Below are positions 26,775 to 32,000 of a stretch of DNA of 32,000 bases, in pieces. Where the stretch lies: positions 1 to 32,000 of the forward strand of contig NJBF01000012.1 in NCBI GenBank assembly GCA_003144275.1. The letters run 5' to 3'. Numbering within the stretch: position 1 is the stretch's first letter; each line of letters begins with the position of its first letter. Under the pieces are notes generated by a model that was not told the DNA's origin, did not search any database, and worked only from the letters and a program-made list of their open reading frames with translations. Position numbers and translations under genes: made by a program. This DNA comes from Candidatus Heimdallarchaeota archaeon B3_Heim (GTDB lineage: Archaea > Asgardarchaeota > Heimdallarchaeia > Hodarchaeales > Hodarchaeaceae).

Positions 26775-27752
26775 GTGAATTCAAGTGAAAAATTGGTGAC
26801 CTTCCAAGATATCATTAACGCTCAAGAAGTGATCACTGGCCATGTCCATAAAACGCCTTTAATTTCATCCACGAAGTTAGAAGAACTTCTGGATGTGAAC
26901 TTATATCTCAAAGCGGAAATATTTCAAAAAATGGGTTCATTTAAGATGAGAGGTGTATTGAATAAGCTTCAAACTCTTACGGAGAAGGAAAAAAATTGTG
27001 GAGTAATTACTGTTTCGGCTGGAAATCATGCTCAGAGTCTTGCATATGTTTGTAAGAATAGAGGCATTCAGGCTGTCATTATCATGCCCTCTTATGCAGC
27101 TACGAATAAGGTTGCGACCACCAAAAAACTCGGAGCTGAAGTCATTCTTCACAAAGATAGCCATACATTATTAGAAAAACTGAATAAGACGCAAGCAGAA
27201 AGAAATCTGACGTTAGTACACCCCTTTGACGATCCGTTAATTATCGCAGGTCAAGGTACCCTAGGACTAGAAATACTTAATGATTTTTCAACCATTCCCG
27301 ATGTAGTAATTGTTCCTGTCGGAGGAGGGGGATTGATTTCTGGAGTAGCTGCTGCAATTAAGTTACAACATCCTAAAGTGCGGATTATAGGGGTGGAACC
27401 TACTGGTGCGGCGGCGATGTATGAAAGTCTTCGTACAAACTCCGTAGTATCTCTAAAAGAAATTAATACCATAGCGGATGGTTTGGCGGCCCCATTCGCA
27501 GGAAAACATACTTTGGCACATGTTAAAGAATTTGTTGATGACATCGTTCTGGTTTCCGATGAAGAAATTATACAAGGAATTCGTGTACTTCTTCTCCAAG
27601 GCAAACTAGTTACTGAACCTGCCGGTGCTGCGGGATTTGCAGCGCTATTGGCCAAAAAAATTCCTATTTCACAGGATATGAATATCGTATGCGTGCTTAG
27701 TGGAGGAAATATTGATGAAGGGTTGTTAAAGAGGATTATTAGTGAAGAATGA
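26775..27752 (+). CDS. Threonine/serine dehydratase (fold-type II PLP, no ACT domain)
   Basis: GTG start; LKAEIFQKMGSFKMRG, SAGNHAQ, HPFDDP, PVGGGGLISG, EPAGA, SGGNID. Ala in SAGNH argues for a dehydratase rather than a serine racemase (which has SSGNH). Confidence 0.9.
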   Translation: MNSSEKLVTFQDIINAQEVITGHVHKTPLISSTKLEELLDVNLYLKAEIFQKMGSFKMRGVLNKLQTLTEKEKNCGVITVSAGNHAQSLAYVCKNRGIQAVIIMPSYAATNKVATTKKLGAEVILHKDSHTLLEKLNKTQAERNLTLVHPFDDPLIIAGQGTLGLEILNDFSTIPDVVIVPVGGGGLISGVAAAIKLQHPKVRIIGVEPTGAAAMYESLRTNSVVSLKEINTIADGLAAPFAGKHTLAHVKEFVDDIVLVSDEEIIQGIRVLLLQGKLVTEPAGAAGFAALLAKKIPISQDMNIVCVLSGGNIDEGLLKRIISEE

Positions 27753-27773
27753 GTCCTTTGATAGCGTGTTGGT

Positions 27774-28589
27774 ATGAAAGTTAATTTTCGTGAAGCTAAG
27801 AGTATCATAACGAAAAGCAATATTCCATCTATAGATTACGTGATTAATCCTTATACTGGATGTCAGCATGGGTGTATTTACTGCTATGCTGAATTCATGA
27901 TTCGATTCACTAATCATAAAGGTGAGAAATGGGGAGACTTCTTGGATATAAAAACTTTCGATTTTAATAAAATAAAACCCCAGAAATATACTGGAAAAAG
28001 GCTATTGTTAAGTTCAGTAACGGATCCGTATTTACCGCTTGAAAAAAAATACCAAAACACTCGCAGAATTTTGGAGAAACTTGTGGATACTGAAGCTGAG
28101 GTGTCAATTCTTACTAAATCGAAATTGGTGACCCGGGATATCGATCTATTCAAAAAATTCAGAAATATCAAAGTAGGTATATCGATTAGTACATTAAATG
28201 ATGATTTCGCTAAAAAAATTGAACGTGGTGCATCTAAACCATCAGATCGAATTTTAGCGCTTAAAGAAATTGCAGATGCAGGAATAGAAACTTATACGTT
28301 TGTTTCTCCCTATTTTCCAGAGATCACTGATTTTAAAGCAATTATAAGAAAAGCCCAAACCTTTACTGATACTTTTAGTTTTGAGAATTTGAACTTTCGA
28401 CCCCACAATGTCTCAAGAATTAAGGCGATTATCGAAACCAATTTCCCTGAATATCTAGCTGTTTATGAAGAGTTAAGAAAGGATCGAAGTTACTGGAATT
28501 TGGTGGAATCAGAAATTAGAAACTACTGTGAAAATGAAGGAATATCCTTTAAAATCGAATTTCACCATGGAGGCTTCTCAAAAAGTTAA
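27774..28589 (+). CDS. Radical SAM protein, spore photoproduct lyase-like family
   Basis: INPYTGCQHGCIYCYA (CxxxCxxC), SSVTDPY, ILTKS, RDIDL. Confidence 0.88.
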   Translation: MKVNFREAKSIITKSNIPSIDYVINPYTGCQHGCIYCYAEFMIRFTNHKGEKWGDFLDIKTFDFNKIKPQKYTGKRLLLSSVTDPYLPLEKKYQNTRRILEKLVDTEAEVSILTKSKLVTRDIDLFKKFRNIKVGISISTLNDDFAKKIERGASKPSDRILALKEIADAGIETYTFVSPYFPEITDFKAIIRKAQTFTDTFSFENLNFRPHNVSRIKAIIETNFPEYLAVYEELRKDRSYWNLVESEIRNYCENEGISFKIEFHHGGFSKS

Positions 28590-28767
28590 TTTTTTAATAC
28601 ATTTCCTCATTCATATCGATAATTATAGTTAAGAGGTTGAATTACCCAAATAAAGATGCTTAACATTTCTAAAACAGCAATGAATCTTGGCTTCATTATT
28701 TATCGTAGATCCGTTTATCTTTGAATAATTATTTTAATTGTACAACCAATTGATCTTCTGAGTGCAC

Positions 28768-30096
28768 ATGACTGATTTAGAATTTCATATTCAGGTTGAT
28801 CCAAACGTAGAATCAATTGTAATGCCAGAAAACGTTAAGATAGGCTTAATGGTTACGGAACACCGTAAAAACTGTTCTAAGCTAAGCTGTTCATTTGATT
28901 ACCATGCTTTTGCTATAGGACAATCTCCTTTTCATGTTCCAGAGCCACTAGAAGCTTCTCTCCGAGAAAATACTCATCAAAGTCACTATAGTGCCTCTAT
29001 TGGTATTTCTGAACTTCGTGAGGCAATTGCAGAGTTCAATAATAGGTACTTTAACTTCAACATTGATCCTAGTCTGGTCGTTATTGGACATGGTACCAAA
29101 GGGATGATTTTTACCATCTTCTCTCTGATTAAAGGTGATGTAATCATCCCTGCTCCTTCTTGGATTTCTTATGTTCCCCAAATTAAATTACTGGGGAAAA
29201 ATTTTCACATTATTGATTTGAAACCTGAAGACGAGTATAAGCTTACTGCAGAGAACTTAGACAACTTTTTATCAAATTTACATCAAGATCAACATCTCTT
29301 AGTTCTTAACAGTCCCCATAATCCGTCTGGGGCAGTCTATCGAAGAGATGAACTTGAAAAACTAGCAGATATTTGTCGTAAACATGGAATTTTGGTCTTA
29401 TCTGATGAAATCTATGCCCTAGCTACTTACGATCAAGAGAGTTTTGCTAGCATGCGTTCTGATTATCCAGAAGGCACTTTTGTAACAAACGGTTTATCTA
29501 AAGATCGTGGCGCTGCAGGTTATCGTTTAGGTCATTGTTTGCTACCAGAAAACTGTTCCGAGGAACTCCAACTTAATTTCAAGAAAATAGCTGCCACTAT
29601 TTATACAAATGTCTCTACACCGACACAGTACGCTGCAATCACCGCTTATAAGCAGAATGATGTCATTGATGAATATATAAAAATTACACGAGAGATTCAC
29701 AGAATAATGGGGACAAATCTTAGTAGAGAAGTTGGTAAAATCGAAGGATTGGAGGTAACAACTCCTACAGGTGGATTCTACTTCCTGGTGAGTTTTAATA
29801 AATTAAAAAATGGGTTGCTTAAACACAACGTAAAAATGGCGAATGAATTGTCGAATGCACTACTTAAACATCCGTTTCATATTGCTGCATTAACTGGAGA
29901 CGCCTGTTTATTTAATCCTGATGATTTTACTGCACGGGTTGCATTTGTCGATTATGACGGACGACAAGCATTCAACAATTATAAGATAAGAACACCAAGA
30001 ACGGAAGAAGAAGAATCTGAATTCTTTAAAACCAACGCGCCTCGGATGTTTCAAGCAATCACCACATTTAAGGAATTTGTCACATCACTCAAATGA
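28768..30096 (+). CDS. PLP-dependent aminotransferase class I/II
   Basis: PSWISY, LNSPHNPSG, SDEIY, NGLSKDRGAAGYRLG (PLP Lys), GGFY. Start is ATG 28768 or GTG 28762. Confidence 0.92.
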   Translation: MTDLEFHIQVDPNVESIVMPENVKIGLMVTEHRKNCSKLSCSFDYHAFAIGQSPFHVPEPLEASLRENTHQSHYSASIGISELREAIAEFNNRYFNFNIDPSLVVIGHGTKGMIFTIFSLIKGDVIIPAPSWISYVPQIKLLGKNFHIIDLKPEDEYKLTAENLDNFLSNLHQDQHLLVLNSPHNPSGAVYRRDELEKLADICRKHGILVLSDEIYALATYDQESFASMRSDYPEGTFVTNGLSKDRGAAGYRLGHCLLPENCSEELQLNFKKIAATIYTNVSTPTQYAAITAYKQNDVIDEYIKITREIHRIMGTNLSREVGKIEGLEVTTPTGGFYFLVSFNKLKNGLLKHNVKMANELSNALLKHPFHIAALTGDACLFNPDDFTARVAFVDYDGRQAFNNYKIRTPRTEEEESEFFKTNAPRMFQAITTFKEFVTSLK

Positions 30097-30116
30097 GTAG
30101 AAAATCTCCATTATTG

Positions 30117-30133
30117 TCTACAATAGTTGTAGA
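30117..30133. other. Perfect 7-bp inverted repeat TCTACAA-tag-TTGTAGA between convergent genes
   Basis: Read directly, 21 bp after the aminotransferase stop; could be a terminator hairpin or binding site. Confidence 0.3.
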
Positions 30134-30267
30134 AAAGCAATGTTTCTTCAAATCTCATGGGAATTATAATGCACGTGGAAAACCTATAACAATTGAGAGG
30201 GAGAGTCGTAGTTGATTCAGAAGATGCTATTTTGAACGATTCATAGCCAATCAACTATAAGAAGTAA

Positions 30268-31149
30268 TTAGATGTCAATTTTAAATACTATTTTGACTAT
30301 CATTCCAATTAAGAGACTTAGAACAGCAACACTTATGGTAACTGTTGTGATTTTAGCAAATCTTTGCTTAAAAGGAATAGATTTCGCAATGGAGATGTAG
30401 AATGTAAAAATAAATATTATTACAATAGCAGCAAATATACTCACAACTAATGATAGATTTGGGTTTTTTTCGATGAGGAAAAAAGGAGTAATCAGAATAA
30501 TAACTGTAAAGATATAAGCTGATCCTGTGTATAATGAAGCTTTGAATGGAGATTTCGTTTCCAGACCTTCCTCAGATGTAGCTAGATATTCTGAGGCCCC
30601 CATGGATAAGGAAGCACTTATTCCTGTTATCAAGCCAATAACCGCTATAAGAACTGTATCTTGGAATGCGAGAGTAAAACCTGCTAATGCTCCTGTTAAC
30701 TCTACTAATGCATCACTTAAACCAAGCACGATGGATCCTACGTAATTTAACATTTCTTCATCCAGCATTTCGATAAGTTGGTTCTCATGTTTTTCCTCGT
30801 CCTTCAACATAGATCCAATTTCTGGAAATTTTTCCATGATTTCTGAATATAATATCTGTGCTTCCCCTTCTCCTCTCTCCATTAACCTAATTCCAAATGT
30901 TAATCCAAAAACCCTTAATATAAATGTATAGAGAATAATTTTGAATCTACTAGCTTTAACTTCTTTCTTTGTAATCTTTTTCAATATATGATAATGCTTT
31001 TTCTCCTCTTATGCAATTTCAGATAGAATCTTTGCGTTGTGTTCATTCTTATTTCTCTTTACGAGGTTTCTTTATATAATGTAACCATTAATTTCGTCCT
31101 TTTGTGCACGAAGTAGTATCTTCAATGTTATTATATCGATATGAGACAT
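30268..31149 (-). pseudogene. Ferritin-like N-terminal domain + VIT1/CCC1 iron transporter, interrupted by two in-frame TAA codons (31074-31072, 31011-31009)
   Basis: ATG 31149 after an AGGAGG RBS reads MSHIDIITLKILLRAQKDEINGYII*RNLVKRNKNEHNAKILSEIA*EEKKHYHILKKIT, in frame with the ORF-track segment 30984..30268 (DEEKHE, VLGLSDALVE, GASEYLA). Full length 293 codons. Confidence 0.88.
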
Positions 31150-31276
31150 ATTTACCCCTCCTGTGTATTTTAGAGCTCATATTTTAGCTTTTCGATATTT
31201 TTAGAACCTAAGCTAAAAAATTTAACGATTTCAAAAATGTTGTTGGTTAGTGTTTGATAAGAGGAGGTCATTTATT

Positions 31277-32000
31277 TTGTCTTCGATCGAGCATGAAATT
31301 CTTGCTATAGGAAAAGAACTTAATGTAGCATATACGAAACGAACTACTAGTGAAGGAAACAGACCTTACATTGTTTTCATTCACGGATTCGGATCTTCCA
31401 AAGAATTTTTTAGATTTGCTTTCCATGATCCATCACTCAAAGACTTTTCTTTAATATCTTTAGATCTCATCGGTTTTGGTAATAGTACCAAACATGAGAA
31501 ATTCAGTTACGAAATGTCTAATCAATCGGCAATAATGATTCAAGTGTTAAATCAACTAGATGTAGGTTCTTTTCATTTATGTGCCCATTCCATGGGGGGA
31601 TTGGTAGCGATGGAGATGATTGACCAATCACCCCCTCAAGTCCTTTCTTTCACCAATTTAGAAGGTAATCTCACTCTTGATGATTGTTTTGTTACGGGAA
31701 AAATACTTGATTATCCTTTTGATGTTTTTTTAGCTTCAGGGAGAACTGAATTTGAACAAAGTCTGAAGGATTTCCCTTCCTATTTACGAGAATTTCAAAA
31801 AGCTTCATCAATAGCTCTTCACAGAAGTGCTGCCGACACAGTTAAGTTATCAAGTAATTCTCGCCTATTAGAAGATTTTAGTAATATATCAATAAAAAAG
31901 TGTTATATTTATGGAGAAATAAATAAAGGTAAGTTCCCTGTTGAACAAACTCTTATTGACAATGGAGTACCCGTATTTTATATATCTGAAAGTGATCATG
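31277..32000 (+). CDS. Alpha/beta hydrolase, 3' end truncated by the window edge
   Basis: Not in the ORF track. TTG 31277 after GAGGAGG; open frame to the window end with FIHGFGSS, LDLIGFGNS and nucleophile elbow AHSMGG. Confidence 0.9.
   Translation, partial: MSSIEHEILAIGKELNVAYTKRTTSEGNRPYIVFIHGFGSSKEFFRFAFHDPSLKDFSLISLDLIGFGNSTKHEKFSYEMSNQSAIMIQVLNQLDVGSFHLCAHSMGGLVAMEMIDQSPPQVLSFTNLEGNLTLDDCFVTGKILDYPFDVFLASGRTEFEQSLKDFPSYLREFQKASSIALHRSAADTVKLSSNSRLLEDFSNISIKKCYIYGEINKGKFPVEQTLIDNGVPVFYISESDH

Noticed and set aside
26775-27752. Serine racemase (D-amino acid synthesis)
   Set aside because: The motif is SAGNH, with Ala at the position that is Ser in racemases, which favours a dehydratase.
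1490-30745. Short overlapping or antisense ORFs in the track (e.g. 1490..1789, 3732..4034, 12738..13055, 13771..14043, 22044..22493, 25595..25933, 27251..27820, 30527..30745)
   Set aside because: They lie on or opposite well-supported genes and have no recognisable motifs; treated as shadow ORFs.
1-32000. rRNA, tRNA, CRISPR arrays, IS/transposase, integrase, reverse transcriptase
   Set aside because: No matching sequence, repeat-spacer periodicity or catalytic motifs seen by eye; a tRNAscan/Infernal run would be needed to exclude RNA genes fully.

Overview
AT-rich (roughly one-third GC by eye), densely coding chromosomal window with about 27 protein genes. I could find no rRNA, tRNA, CRISPR array or mobile element. 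An Asgard archaeon (Heimdallarchaeia/Hodarchaeales-like) is inferred from a longin-like domain protein, an archaeal-type winged-helix fusion, large Ca-repeat and beta-propeller surface proteins, and GGAGG/GGTGA ribosome-binding sites; this is not proven. Housekeeping content: sdhA-sdhB-fumC cluster, cysteine synthase, threonine/serine dehydratase, class I/II aminotransferase, SDR, MFS, rubrerythrin, AhpD/CMD and an SPL-like radical SAM protein. The most unusual items: (1) a 1124-aa receptor-like protein (7-bladed WD40, 16 DxDxDG repeats with an internal 390-bp duplication, one TM helix, cytoplasmic TPR-like domain); (2) a translationally coupled MinD-like ATPase plus longin-wHTH pair, converging on a wHTH/STAND-like ATPase; (3) a cellulose-synthase-like GT2 protein whose key Asp motifs all read Asn; (4) two otherwise intact genes broken only by in-frame TAA codons (SRPBCC once, ferritin-VIT1/CCC1 twice), which the ORF track truncates; (5) an alpha/beta hydrolase running off the right edge that the ORF track missed.
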